From: Terriglobia bacterium
GTDB taxonomy: Bacteria > Acidobacteriota > Terriglobia > Acidiferrales > UBA7541
Assembly: GCA_963695545.1 (NCBI GenBank)
Contig: OY968796.1
Span: 448,001-512,000, forward strand
Reading direction: 5' to 3'
DNA length: 64,000 nt
Shown here: positions 47,976 to 58,364 of the stretch, piece after piece
Layout: each line of letters starts with the position of its first letter
Position numbering within the stretch: position 1 is the first letter of the stretch
Notes under the pieces: model-generated
Told to the model about the DNA's origin: nothing
Seen by the model: the letters and a program-made list of their open reading frames with translations, nothing else
The model's database searches: none
Position numbers and translations under genes: made by a program

Positions 47976-48170
47976 ATGACTCGGTTTAAAGAACTGAAAA
48001 GGATTGAACAGGCTATCGAACACAAGAACGAAGCCGAGCTTCGATGGGCGCTGGGCTACTGCGCGATGAGACGCAAACTCGCGGCGACAGTTCATACGAT
48101 GAGAAAACAAGAAAAGTACTGGCGTCAGATGGAGAGTAAGGTTCGCTCCGCACTCGAAACTTCAAAATGA
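47976..48170 (+). CDS. Small basic hypothetical protein inside the fad operon (alternative start 47952)
   Basis: 64-aa helical ORF MTRFKELKRIEQAI...; A-rich codon usage unlike flanking genes. Confidence 0.65.
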   Translation: MTRFKELKRIEQAIEHKNEAELRWALGYCAMRRKLAATVHTMRKQEKYWRQMESKVRSALETSK

Positions 48171-48289
48171 GTCACTGCTGGCATGGCCCGCGTCTTGCAT
48201 TTTTCTCCTTCGAGGCATCCAATGAGATGGATTGGTACAGCTAGTCGATGGCGGTGCGCGAACCACGCGGTTCGCGGGAGGCGGTGTCT

Positions 48290-49504
48290 ATGCGCGATGC
48301 CGTGATTGTCAGCGCGGTGCGCACGGCGGTGGGCAAGGCCGGCCGTGGCTCTTTGCGCGCTACGCGACCTGATGATTTGGCAGCGATTGCGATTCGCGGC
48401 GCGCTGGATCGTGTTCCTGGACTCGACCCCAAAGAGATTGACGATGTGATTCTGGGTTGCGCCATGCCGGAAGCCGAGCAAGGCATGAACGTGGCGCGGA
48501 TCGCGGCGCTGCGCGCCGGACTGCCGGTGGAATGCTCGGCGATGACCGTGAATCGGTTCTGCTCGTCGGGACTGCAATCGATCGCCATGGCTGCCGAACG
48601 CATCGCGGGCGGCGGCGCGGAAGTGATCGTGGCCGGGGGCACCGAATCGATGAGTATGGTGCCGATGGGCGGGAACAAAATCGCGCCGAATCCGTGGCTG
48701 ATGGACAACTATCCGGATTCTTATCTCGGCATGGGATTGACCGCGGAAAATCTGGCGCGGAAATATTCGATCACGCGCGAGCAGGCTGATGAATTTTCGC
48801 TGGCCAGTCACAGAAAGGCGGTGGCAGCGGCCGCGGCTGGATATTTTCGCAATGAGATCGTGCCGGTTGAAGTGCGAATGACGGCGGCGGGCAATGGATC
48901 GAATGGAAGCGCCCACGCGGCCGCGCGCGCGGCGACGGCGCAAACTACCGTGTCGCGATTCGACGCGGACGAATGTCCGCGCGCGGACACTTCGCTTGAA
49001 GCGCTCGCAAAATTAAAGCCCGCATTTCACGCGCACGGCACGGTGACGGCCGGAAATAGTTCGCCGACGAGCGATGGCGCCGCGGCGGCCGTGGTGATGA
49101 GCGCGGAGCGCGCACGCGCGCTCGGCGCGAAACCGCTCGCTCGTTTCGTGGCGTTCGCGACTGCGGGCTGCCCGCCGGAAGAGATGGGCGTGGGGCCGGT
49201 GTTTGCGATTCCGAAGGCGCTGCGACTTGCGGGCTTGAAGCTCGATCAGATCGAGGTGATCGAATTGAACGAAGCGTTCGCTGCGCAGGCGCTCAGCGTG
49301 ATCCGGCTCGCGGGGCTTGATCCGGCGCGCGTCAATCTGAATGGCGGCGCGATCGCGCTGGGACATCCGCTGGGGTGCACGGGAGCGAAGCTGGTGGCCA
49401 CGTTGATCGGCGAGCTTGAGCGGCGCGGCGCGCGATACGGACTGGTGACGATGTGCATCGGCGGCGGAATGGGCGCGGCCGGAATTTTTGAGCGCCTGAA
49501 CTAA
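48290..49504 (+). CDS. fadA: Acetyl-CoA C-acyltransferase (thiolase)
   Basis: [33 protein letters not shown]. Confidence 0.96.
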   Translation: MRDAVIVSAVRTAVGKAGRGSLRATRPDDLAAIAIRGALDRVPGLDPKEIDDVILGCAMPEAEQGMNVARIAALRAGLPVECSAMTVNRFCSSGLQSIAMAAERIAGGGAEVIVAGGTESMSMVPMGGNKIAPNPWLMDNYPDSYLGMGLTAENLARKYSITREQADEFSLASHRKAVAAAAAGYFRNEIVPVEVRMTAAGNGSNGSAHAAARAATAQTTVSRFDADECPRADTSLEALAKLKPAFHAHGTVTAGNSSPTSDGAAAAVVMSAERARALGAKPLARFVAFATAGCPPEEMGVGPVFAIPKALRLAGLKLDQIEVIELNEAFAAQALSVIRLAGLDPARVNLNGGAIALGHPLGCTGAKLVATLIGELERRGARYGLVTMCIGGGMGAAGIFERLN

Positions 49505-49557
49505 AGCGCGGCGAGCGAATCGTCCAGACAAGAAGCGGGGAGAAAGAAGGATTGTCG

Positions 49558-51357
49558 ATGCCCACGACGACAGCCAAGCGAAGTGTGACGCGCGGCGGCG
49601 GATTCCTGGTGGAATCGTGCGCGCCGCAAGATTTGTTCACGCCTGCGGATTTATCCGACGACCACAAGCTGATCGGCCAAACGGCCGAAGAGTTCGCTAC
49701 CAAAGAAGTGCTGCCGCTCGCCACTGATCTGGAATTGCATAAAGAAGGGTTGATGGCGGGGCTGTTGAAACAATCGGCGGAACTTGGCTTGCTTGCTGGG
49801 GGCGTGCCGGAAGCTTACGGCGGATTGGGGCTGGACAAGGTTTCGACCACGATCATGTCGGAAAAGCTGGCGGTGTACGCGTCATTCGCGGTGAGCCACG
49901 GCGGACACGCGGGCATTGGGACGCTGCCGATCGTTTATTTCGGCACCGAAGAACAGAAGCGGAAATATTTGCCGAAGCTCGCGTGCGGCGAATGGCTGGG
50001 ATGCTATTGCCTCTCCGAGCCGCAGGCCGGATCCGACGCGCAGAATTCCAAGACGCGCGCGGTGCTTTCCGCCGACGGGCGCAACTGGATTTTGAACGGC
50101 CAGAAAATGTGGATCACCAATGGCGGATTCGCCGACGTGTACGTGGTGTTTGCAAAAGTGGATGGCGAAAAGTTTTCGTGTTTTCTGGTGGAGCGCGGCA
50201 CGCCGGGTCTTACCACCGGCGCGGAAGAGAAAAAAATGGGGCTCAAGGGCAGCTCGACAGTGCCCATCTTTTTCGAGAACTGCGCGATACCCAAGGAAAA
50301 TCTGCTGCACGAAATCGGCCGCGGCCACATCGTCGCGTTCAACGTGCTGAACGCGGGGCGATTCAGTCTGGGCGCGTATTGCCTGGGCGGCTCGAAAAAA
50401 ATGATCGAGGTCGCCGCGAAATACGCCAAGGAGCGCGTGGCCTTCGGAAAACCGATCGCGGAGTTCGGCTTGATCCGCGCGAAGCTGGCGGAGATGGCCG
50501 TGCGCGTTTTCGCGGCGGAATCGATGGTGTATCGCACGGCGGGGCTGATGGATTTTGCGATCGCGGCCGCGGAGCCTGCGGCGGATAAAACCGCGACGGG
50601 AATGAAAGTGCTCGAGGAGTACGCCATCGAAAGCTCGATCAACAAAGTTTACGGCAGCGAGGTGCTGAGCTTCGCCGTGGATGAGGCCGTGCAGATTTTC
50701 GGCGGCTACGGTTTTCATGAGGAATATCCGGTGGCGCGCGCGTATCGCGATTCGCGGGTCAATCGGATCTTCGAGGGCACAAACGAAATCAATCGCATGC
50801 TCGTGATCCAAATGCTGATGAAGCGCGCGCTTTCGGGCGCCGTGCCTCTGCTGGCCGCGGGCGCGAAGCTGCAAGAGGAGATTTTGGCCGGGCCGTCGTT
50901 TGAAGAAGCCACGGAAGGCGATTGGGCCGCGGAGGATCGGCTTGTGGAGGGAATGAAGAAAGCGTTTCTTTTGGCCGCGGGCGCCGCAACGCAGAAACAT
51001 CGCGAGCAATTGGCAGAGCAGCAGGAAATCGTCGGCGCGCTTGCAAATATTGTGATGGACTGTTTTGCCGCGGAATCGTGCGTGCGGCGCGCGCAGAAAT
51101 CCGAATCCGTGCGCGGCGCCGCAGCCGCCGCTGCTATGGCCGACGCCGCGCGCCTGTGCTTGCACGATGCGGCAGTGAACGTGGAATCGTCAGCGCGCAC
51201 GGTGCTCAGCGCAGTCGCGGAAGGCGATGCGCTGCGCACGCAACTTGCTGTTCTTCGGCGATTCCTGAAGCGCGAGCCGGTGGATTCGATCGCCATGCGC
51301 CGGCGCATCGCAGACGCGGTGGAAGCAGGCGATCGATATCCGTTCGAAGGGCGCTGA
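49558..51357 (+). CDS. fadE: Acyl-CoA dehydrogenase (VLCAD-like FadE)
   Basis: GGGFL, LSEPQAGSD, NGQKMWITN, KMGLKGSST, QIFGGYGF, RIFEGTNEI. Confidence 0.96.
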   Translation: MPTTTAKRSVTRGGGFLVESCAPQDLFTPADLSDDHKLIGQTAEEFATKEVLPLATDLELHKEGLMAGLLKQSAELGLLAGGVPEAYGGLGLDKVSTTIMSEKLAVYASFAVSHGGHAGIGTLPIVYFGTEEQKRKYLPKLACGEWLGCYCLSEPQAGSDAQNSKTRAVLSADGRNWILNGQKMWITNGGFADVYVVFAKVDGEKFSCFLVERGTPGLTTGAEEKKMGLKGSSTVPIFFENCAIPKENLLHEIGRGHIVAFNVLNAGRFSLGAYCLGGSKKMIEVAAKYAKERVAFGKPIAEFGLIRAKLAEMAVRVFAAESMVYRTAGLMDFAIAAAEPAADKTATGMKVLEEYAIESSINKVYGSEVLSFAVDEAVQIFGGYGFHEEYPVARAYRDSRVNRIFEGTNEINRMLVIQMLMKRALSGAVPLLAAGAKLQEEILAGPSFEEATEGDWAAEDRLVEGMKKAFLLAAGAATQKHREQLAEQQEIVGALANIVMDCFAAESCVRRAQKSESVRGAAAAAAMADAARLCLHDAAVNVESSARTVLSAVAEGDALRTQLAVLRRFLKREPVDSIAMRRRIADAVEAGDRYPFEGR

Positions 51358-51568
51358 CACAAATTGGCACTTTGCTGCAAACAATTCCCTTCCTAATATT
51401 GGAATAGTTGGTTCCGGAAACAGTACTACTTTCCGTGGCCCGTACGTACTGCCTCGCTTTGAGCCGCCGTACTATCGCCGGCACAACGACTTAGCGCTTT
51501 AATAGAGTTGAGCCAATTGGACAGCCATTTGCATCCAATCTGGTGAAGAGGAAAGGAACCTCGAATTC

Positions 51569-52042
51569 ATGATTGCGTTGGCCCATACAGATGTCGGTGT
51601 CGAGAGAGAGACTCAGCTTGACGAGCGGGTTGAGAAGCAGTTCCCCGAGTACGTCCGCGAACAGGCTGACTCCGGCGAGATTGATTCCCGTTTTGGCGCT
51701 CAGGCCGCAGCACACGATCTGCAGCAGCGCGCACGGAAAGACGCGCAGTCCGAAAACAGGGCTCGGCGCTGGATGTGGGGTTTTCTGTTCGCGCTCGGAG
51801 CGCTGCAAATCTATTACGTACAGGCCATGCTGGCGGCGCTGTTTCTATTCACGCTGGCGTTCGCGGTTTTCGCGGTGATCGCGCTGGCGTTCTACGCGGC
51901 GAATCGCGTAAGCCAAGCGACTCTGGTTCAGGTGAGACCGATTGTGCGTGTGGCGGAGCGCGGGGGACGGCGCACTTTGGAGCTGATGGAACACGTCAGT
52001 AGAAAGACATTCCGCCGTCCACATTCAGAGACTGCCCAGTAA
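51569..52042 (+). CDS. Hypothetical membrane protein
   Basis: Two adjacent hydrophobic helices; AAGGA upstream; 3' end overlaps the convergent SDR gene by 47 bp. Confidence 0.6.
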   Translation: MIALAHTDVGVERETQLDERVEKQFPEYVREQADSGEIDSRFGAQAAAHDLQQRARKDAQSENRARRWMWGFLFALGALQIYYVQAMLAALFLFTLAFAVFAVIALAFYAANRVSQATLVQVRPIVRVAERGGRRTLELMEHVSRKTFRRPHSETAQ

Positions 52043-52805
52043 TCGCGCTGGCTTGGTCTGACGCGAGAAAAAGCGCAGCCGCGGCAATTTCGGCGGCGGT
52101 TTGACCGCGGCCCTGCAATACGTTTTCAAGGAAACCCTTCAGTTCTTCGTCCGCCGAGACGCCCATGCGCAGCGCGAGTTTTTCGCCCAGCTCTTTCGAC
52201 ATCTGCGTTTCCGTCACCGGCCCAGGACAGATCGCGTTTACGCGCACTCCTTTGCGCGCCGATTCGGCGGCGGTTACGCGCGTCAATCCGAGCATTCCGG
52301 CCTTAGCCGCCGCGTACGGCGAGCCCCAGGAGAACGCAGCCTTGGCCGAAAGGCTGGAAATGTTCACGATCGCGCCCGCGCCGCGCGCGTACATTCCCGG
52401 CAGAACCAAACGCGTGAGCAAAAACGCGCCGCGCAAATGTACCGCGATCACGCGATCCCACTCGGCCGGCGAGATTTCTTCGATGGGTTTGACCGGGCCG
52501 TAATCGCCGGCGTTGTTCACGAGGATCGAAACTGGCCCGAGTTCGCTTTCCGCCGCATCTACAATCCGCGCGCAATCGCTTTCGCCCGCAACATCCGCTG
52601 CCACCCACGCGGCGCGGCCGCCTGCGGCCACAATTTCATGAGCCACATGCTCCACCTGTGCCGCCGTGCGCGCCGCGACCAGCACGCCCGCGCCCTCCGA
52701 GGCAAGGCGCAGCGCGATCGCGCGGCCAATGCCCCGTCCGCCGCCGGTCACAATCGCGGTTTTTCCTTCTAAGTAGCGCTCTCCATGCAGACCTGGAACT
52801 CGCAT
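51996..52805 (-). CDS. Short-chain dehydrogenase/reductase
   Basis: TGGGRGIG, NNAG, YAAAK, VNAICPG, ITGQSLNVDGG. Confidence 0.95.
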   Translation of the reverse strand: MRVPGLHGERYLEGKTAIVTGGGRGIGRAIALRLASEGAGVLVAARTAAQVEHVAHEIVAAGGRAAWVAADVAGESDCARIVDAAESELGPVSILVNNAGDYGPVKPIEEISPAEWDRVIAVHLRGAFLLTRLVLPGMYARGAGAIVNISSLSAKAAFSWGSPYAAAKAGMLGLTRVTAAESARKGVRVNAICPGPVTETQMSKELGEKLALRMGVSADEELKGFLENVLQGRGQTAAEIAAAALFLASDQASAITGQSLNVDGGMSFY

Positions 52806-52900
52806 GCAATCCCCCGGGGCAGAATAGCATCCAAAATAGTAACAGCAAGTGGCGGGATTCTTGGATTTTAGGGTATCATTGCCGTTTTGGCGGAGAACCG

Positions 52901-53881
52901 ATGACCGAGGCGTCGCCGAAGTCCCAGTCCGGGAAGATCCTGCTTCGTGTGCGTCCGCGTGGCTTCTGCGCGGGCGTGGTGCGCGCGGTGGATATCGTCG
53001 AGCTGGCGCTCGAAGCCTACGGGCCGCCGGTGTACGTCCACCACGAAATTGTGCACAACCGCTACGTCGTGGAGCAATTGCGCAAGGGCGGCGCGATTTT
53101 CGTTGAAGCCGTCGAGGACGTGCCGCGGGGCGCGGTTCTGGTGTTTAGCGCGCACGGTGTGCCGCCGGCGGTTCGCGCCGAGGCCCAAGCACGCCAGCTG
53201 CGCGTGATCGACGCAACGTGTCCGCTGGTCACCAAGGTGCATCTTGAAGCGCTGAAATTCGCGCGCGATGGCCGCACCATCATTCTGATCGGCCACAAAG
53301 ACCACCAGGAAATCGTGGGCACTTCCGGCGAGGCGCCGGAGCAGACGGTCGTGGTGGACAGCGTCGAAGCCGTCGACCGGCTTGAGATCGAGGACGCGTC
53401 GCGCCTGGCATTTTTAACCCAAACAACTTTGAGTCTCTACGACACGCAAGAAATCGTTGCGCGGCTGCGGCAGCGATTTCCGCAGATTCTCGGTCCCGCG
53501 TCGGACGACATTTGTTACGCCACACAGAATCGCCAGGAAGCCGTGGAGCACATGGCGAAGGAAATGGAATTGATCCTGGTGGTCGGTTCACCAAACAGCT
53601 CGAACTCCAACCGCTTGGTCGAAGTGGCCGAGCGCGCCGGCGTTCCCGCGCGTCTGATTGACGACGCGGCGGGCATTCGCACCGAGTGGCTCGACGGAAT
53701 CACGCGGGTTGGCTTGACGGCGGGAGCGTCTGCGCCCGAAGTGCTCGTCGAGGAAGTGAGCCGGCGCCTTGAATCGTTCGGATTCACCGACCAGCGGGAC
53801 ATCGACCTGATCCGGGAAGATGTGCGCTTTACGCTGCCGCCGGAGCTGACGGTCATCGCGCCGCTTTCGAAGCAAACGTAA
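52901..53881 (+). CDS. ispH: 4-hydroxy-3-methylbut-2-enyl diphosphate reductase
   Basis: PRGFCAGV, IVHN, SAHG, DATCPLV, DICYATQNRQ, SSNS, TAGASAPE. Confidence 0.97.
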   Translation: MTEASPKSQSGKILLRVRPRGFCAGVVRAVDIVELALEAYGPPVYVHHEIVHNRYVVEQLRKGGAIFVEAVEDVPRGAVLVFSAHGVPPAVRAEAQARQLRVIDATCPLVTKVHLEALKFARDGRTIILIGHKDHQEIVGTSGEAPEQTVVVDSVEAVDRLEIEDASRLAFLTQTTLSLYDTQEIVARLRQRFPQILGPASDDICYATQNRQEAVEHMAKEMELILVVGSPNSSNSNRLVEVAERAGVPARLIDDAAGIRTEWLDGITRVGLTAGASAPEVLVEEVSRRLESFGFTDQRDIDLIREDVRFTLPPELTVIAPLSKQT

Positions 53882-53951
53882 CGACCCGGCGCGCGCGGGG
53901 CCGGGGATTTCCCAAGCACCGCGGTTTCCCACAAGTTTAAGGAGCACTCAT

Positions 53952-55100
53952 TTGGCGGTCCGAATCGTCCGTCAGCCGAAGAAGATTGTCCTGCTGGGCG
54001 CGCCCACCAGCGCGGCGGCGCTTTCCGCGGGCCACGAGCGCGCGCCGGCGGCGTTGCGCGCGGCGGGACTCGTCGCGCGACTCGAAGCCGCGGGCTTTGA
54101 AGTGGTGGACGCGGGCGACGTCGCGACGCGCGTCTACCGGGTGGACGACGAGCATCCGCGCGCGCGTAATTTTCCCGCTGTCCTGGATGTGCTGCACGAT
54201 TTGCGGCCGCGCGTGGAGATGGCCATCAAATCGGGCGCGCTGCCGCTGGTGATTGGCGGCGATTGCATCGTGGTGCTCGCGATTCTGGCGGGCGCGCGGC
54301 GCTACTACCGAAGCATCGGCTTGGTGTACATGGATTCCGACGCGGACCTAAATACTCCGGCCACATCGGCATCGGGCAGCGTCGACGGCATGGTGATCTC
54401 GCACATCGTCGGACGCGGCGCGGCGGAAATGGTGCGCTTCTGGGGCGAGCCGCCGCTGGTGCGCGAACCGGACATCCTGCTGTTCGGCGTGAATCGCATG
54501 GACGCGAGCGAGGAGCAATACCTGGCGCGCTCGCCCATGCCGCGCTACCTCGCGGCCGATATCTCGAAGCGCGGCGGCGCAGCAGCCGCCGAAGAAGCCG
54601 CGCAACGCGCGCACGCGGGACAACGCGAATTTATTTTGCACTTCGACGTGGACGTGATCTCTGGGCGCGAATTCCCGGCCACGAATTATCCCGCGCTCGG
54701 CGCGATCTCGCTGGCCGACGCGCGGCAGGCGCTCGCGGTTTTCGCGAAGCAACCGCATCTCGCCGGAATCAACGTGTGCGCGTATAACCCTGAGCTCGAT
54801 CCGGACGGAACGTACGGGAAACTTGTGATTGATTTGATCGTTGAGGCGCTCGAACAGCGGATCGCGCCGCCAGCCGAACCCGTTCCGGCAACGGAGACGC
54901 AGGCAGCGTCGGAATTGGCGCAGCCTGCGGAGCACCTTTCGGAGGCGCCGGCGGTTTCCGCAATCGGCGCCGCAGCCGAAGCGTCCGAGGCGGCTACCGA
55001 GACGCCATCTGCGGAAACGAGCGAGGCCACGGCGGCCAACCTATCTCCGGACGCATCACCTGATCCCGAGCCCGCGAACCCCGAAACCTCGATCCCTTAA
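53952..55100 (+). CDS. Arginase/ureohydrolase-family protein with atypical active site and acidic Ala/Pro tail
   Basis: AP.ALR.AGL, GGDC, DSDADLNTP.TS.SG..DGM, LHFDVDV, YNPELD; TTG after AAGGAG. Confidence 0.85.
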   Translation: MAVRIVRQPKKIVLLGAPTSAAALSAGHERAPAALRAAGLVARLEAAGFEVVDAGDVATRVYRVDDEHPRARNFPAVLDVLHDLRPRVEMAIKSGALPLVIGGDCIVVLAILAGARRYYRSIGLVYMDSDADLNTPATSASGSVDGMVISHIVGRGAAEMVRFWGEPPLVREPDILLFGVNRMDASEEQYLARSPMPRYLAADISKRGGAAAAEEAAQRAHAGQREFILHFDVDVISGREFPATNYPALGAISLADARQALAVFAKQPHLAGINVCAYNPELDPDGTYGKLVIDLIVEALEQRIAPPAEPVPATETQAASELAQPAEHLSEAPAVSAIGAAAEASEAATETPSAETSEATAANLSPDASPDPEPANPETSIP

Positions 55101-55124
55101 ACTTTCCGCCCGGCAGCTAAGCGC

Positions 55125-58100
55125 TCAGAACGAAAATACCATCTGCAAATCGATCCGCCGGTCAGACGAATTTGATCCGTATATCCCTCCCGACGCGGAG
55201 TTCGACTCATACAATGTATTGTTCTTGACGTTGCCCGTCAGCGCGCCGCCGCTGAAGATCGGAGAGCCCACCTCTCCGCTCGGAGAGCCGAGATTCGCGA
55301 TATTGAAAAGGTTTCGTATGTTGGCGCTGAACGTCAGGTTGTAACGTTTGGCGGACGCGGCGCCTCCGCCAAATCCACCGCCCCCGCGCCCGCCGCCACC
55401 ACCACCCCCGCCGCCACGCCCACCCCCGCCACCGCCACCGCCAGGCCCGCCGCCCGGGCCTCCGCCGAAGCCGCCGCCCCCCGGGCCGCCTGGGCCGCCA
55501 CCCCGCTGCGCGTTCGCCGAGGGATTTCCGGCCTCATTGCCGAAGCTGAAAGTCTTGCTGATGCGCAAATTGAAGGTGAATTGGCCCGGCCCGGTGCCGT
55601 CGTTGATCGGAAGAATGGCCTCGCCGGCAATCGGGTCGGTATCCAAGTATCCGAACTGCGGCGTGTCGATCACGCTGGGCCGCGAGATGTTCGCGCCGGT
55701 GGCTATTCCCGGCCGATCGTTGAATTGGGAATCGCCGAGCAGGTCCTGGCCGACGCTGATGTTGAACGGCGAACCAGAACTCGCCACGATCAAGGGATTC
55801 AGCCTGAATCCTTTTGGCAGCGTGATGTTGCCGCCGAAGAACACACGATTGCGAACATCAAACGAGGCCCGGCCGTAATCGGCCAGCAAATCGTATGGAT
55901 TCGACGGGAAGCTGCCGACTCCACTCGCGTCCGCGTCGGCGTAATTCAGCGTGTAGTAACCGAATACCGACACTTTCGTTCCCAATTTATAGTTCAAATT
56001 CAGAATAAGCTGATTCTGATGGAAGATTCCCTCTGACTGGAATTGGTCGAGGTTGTCGTCTCCGTATGTCGCGCTCAGCGGGCGAACGCCGGGATCGGCG
56101 GTGGGGTTGGCCGGATTGTACGTACCGGGCAAAGGCGCGTTGACGTCGTCGGTGAGGAACTGATGCAGCCCGTGCGAATTGATGTATGTGGCGGAAAGTG
56201 TCGCGCTCTTGGTCAATTGCCGTTCGATGCTGCCGCCCAGTTCCATCTGGTACGGCGCGCGCAGGGTCGGCGAGACTTGATAAATCGTCGCCGACGTCAG
56301 GCCGCCTCCACCCAGCGAACTGGCCGGAGGAGCGTCAGTCGGGAAAAAACCAGGATCGGTGACGGAGTACTGTTGCTGCGTCGTGCCGTTAAACCGGTCG
56401 GCATCGAGAGTATTTGAATAATTGAAACGTGAATAAAAGATGCCGTATCCGGCGCGCAGCACGGTCTTGGGCCCGCCCCTCGCGTGGCCCACACCCCACG
56501 AGAGACTCAGACGCGGCGCCCAATCGTTGTGGTCGGAAATATTCGTTTGCGTTTCATAGCGCAAACCGTAACTGAGTGTGACGGCGGGCGTGATGCGCCA
56601 ATCGTCTTCGGCATACAAACCCATGGCAAATTCCTTCACGTGAGTACTCGGCATGCCCGCGGTGACGGAGTACTGGCTGGCTCCGCCGCCGGCCGCGACG
56701 ATGGCCGCGTCCGACAAGCCGGCGTACGCGCCCCTCAAGTAGGTCTGATAGGCATTAATGGAAGGAAACTGAAATGTGCCGTTGAATCCGGAAGTCGAGG
56801 TGTTCGTGTCGGCGTAGGTGTCCAGGCGCGCGCCGAACCTCACGGTGTTCTTGGACAGCGTGACCTGCGTGAAGCTATCCAGCTCATTGTGCGTCGAGTG
56901 GTCCGCTTCGGTGCCGATCGGATTGCCGCCGCCCGTGAAATCCCCCGGCACCTGAATTTCGGCCGTGGTGTTCTGCGCGGCGTTCGCATCCTTGTCGTTG
57001 TTGAATTGAAATCGCGTTTCCATCAGAACCTTCGTGCCGAAGGTCTGATCGTCGGTCACCTGGACGGTGTTCTCCGTCTCCGACTCGTTATAAGCCTGCG
57101 AGAACAGTCTGGATTGCCCCACGCCCTCATCGGTATTTCCACTGTGAGTAAATTGATATCGAATCGTAATCGTGTTCGTGTTGGTGAGCTGGAAATCAAA
57201 TCGCGGGCTGACTGTCGTGCGCGTCAGCGGATTAAGCGGCGTGCCCTGCGTGGGTTCAATGGCAAACGTCGGAGCGGGTCCCACCGTCTCGAGCGCGTCG
57301 ATCACCGAGGCTTGATTGATGTCTCGTTGCTCGACTTGGATGAAATAAGACGCCTTCTTGTTCAAGGGGCCGCTGACGTCGCCGCTAAACTGAACGGTGT
57401 GGTAATTCGGGGGCACGTCGGGAGTGCACCCGTAATCGTTCCCGGTCCGGCAGATGAACGGAGTGAGCGTGTTGAACGCCGAATCGTTTCCGATCACGAA
57501 AAAATCCCCGTGCAGCTTATCCGTGCCGGGCTTGGTGAGGATCTGGATCCGGCCATAGCCCATATCGGGGTATTCGGCCGAGAACGGATTCTGATTGATG
57601 ATAATTTCGCGGATGGAGGATTTCGGCGGAAGCTGCCCGGCCTGGAATCCATCGATGTACATCTGGCCGCCATTCGGTCCAGCCGAAGGGCCGGCCAAGG
57701 CCTGAAGTTCGTCCTGTAACTCGTCCGGGTCGTCCGATAGCGCTTGCAAGTCCTTGCCCTGAATGACCACCGCGCTGGCATTTTCTTCGGGATTTACGGC
57801 CACCGACACGGCCTGCCCCGACACCTGTACGGATTGTGTCTCGGCGGCTACTGCCAGCTTGGCATTCACGGTTTGAATCTGGCCCGCGGAAATCTGCACA
57901 TTATCTTGCTCAAATACGGCGAAGCCATCCGCGTTGACCGTCAGCGTGTAGGAGCCGGGCGCCAGTCCCTTGATCTCGAAAGCTCCCAGTTGCGAGGTCT
58001 TCGACGTAGTGAATTGCCCCGAAGCCGACATCATCACTACGGCGGCTTGCCCCACCGCCGCGCCGGAAGGATCGGTCACTGTGCCGCGCAGCGTGCCGGG

Positions 58101-58247
58101 ATTTGCCGGCGCGCTTGGCGTGCTCTGCGCGACTTGCGCGCTCGGTGCGCCGGCGGCGCTCTGCGCGTTCGCCGCCTGGACGCCGAATGCGACGGCGCAA
58201 AATGCCGTCAATAAAATTGCGAGAATACGAACCGGACCAAATTTCAT
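55125..58247 (-). CDS. Oar-like outer-membrane receptor with N-terminal carboxypeptidase-regulatory-like domain (TonB-dependent-receptor-like)
   Basis: Signal peptide; GTLRGTVTDPSGA; NPFSAEY; YAEDDWR.....LSYGLRYE; APRLS; RAGYGIFY; C-terminal RRIDLQMVFSF. Confidence 0.9.
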   Translation of the reverse strand: MKFGPVRILAILLTAFCAVAFGVQAANAQSAAGAPSAQVAQSTPSAPANPGTLRGTVTDPSGAAVGQAAVVMMSASGQFTTSKTSQLGAFEIKGLAPGSYTLTVNADGFAVFEQDNVQISAGQIQTVNAKLAVAAETQSVQVSGQAVSVAVNPEENASAVVIQGKDLQALSDDPDELQDELQALAGPSAGPNGGQMYIDGFQAGQLPPKSSIREIIINQNPFSAEYPDMGYGRIQILTKPGTDKLHGDFFVIGNDSAFNTLTPFICRTGNDYGCTPDVPPNYHTVQFSGDVSGPLNKKASYFIQVEQRDINQASVIDALETVGPAPTFAIEPTQGTPLNPLTRTTVSPRFDFQLTNTNTITIRYQFTHSGNTDEGVGQSRLFSQAYNESETENTVQVTDDQTFGTKVLMETRFQFNNDKDANAAQNTTAEIQVPGDFTGGGNPIGTEADHSTHNELDSFTQVTLSKNTVRFGARLDTYADTNTSTSGFNGTFQFPSINAYQTYLRGAYAGLSDAAIVAAGGGASQYSVTAGMPSTHVKEFAMGLYAEDDWRITPAVTLSYGLRYETQTNISDHNDWAPRLSLSWGVGHARGGPKTVLRAGYGIFYSRFNYSNTLDADRFNGTTQQQYSVTDPGFFPTDAPPASSLGGGGLTSATIYQVSPTLRAPYQMELGGSIERQLTKSATLSATYINSHGLHQFLTDDVNAPLPGTYNPANPTADPGVRPLSATYGDDNLDQFQSEGIFHQNQLILNLNYKLGTKVSVFGYYTLNYADADASGVGSFPSNPYDLLADYGRASFDVRNRVFFGGNITLPKGFRLNPLIVASSGSPFNISVGQDLLGDSQFNDRPGIATGANISRPSVIDTPQFGYLDTDPIAGEAILPINDGTGPGQFTFNLRISKTFSFGNEAGNPSANAQRGGGPGGPGGGGFGGGPGGGPGGGGGGGGRGGGGGGGGGRGGGGFGGGAASAKRYNLTFSANIRNLFNIANLGSPSGEVGSPIFSGGALTGNVKNNTLYESNSASGGIYGSNSSDRRIDLQMVFSF

Positions 58248-58364
58248 CCCATCTCCTTAATCTCGTTAATCTCGAAATCTGCCGTCCGCCCCAAAAAGCA
58301 GACTGGAATACACAACAACGCGCGATCACGCCGGTCGGGAAAAATTCTTTGATAAGCTGGCCGG

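Noticed and set aside
51365..51379. Sigma54 promoter-like TGGCAC...TGCA
   Set aside because: GG-to-GC spacing is 9 nt instead of the strictly required 10
55348..55878. Poly-proline plus-strand ORF
   Set aside because: Reverse-strand reading of the Gly-rich codons of the Oar-like gene
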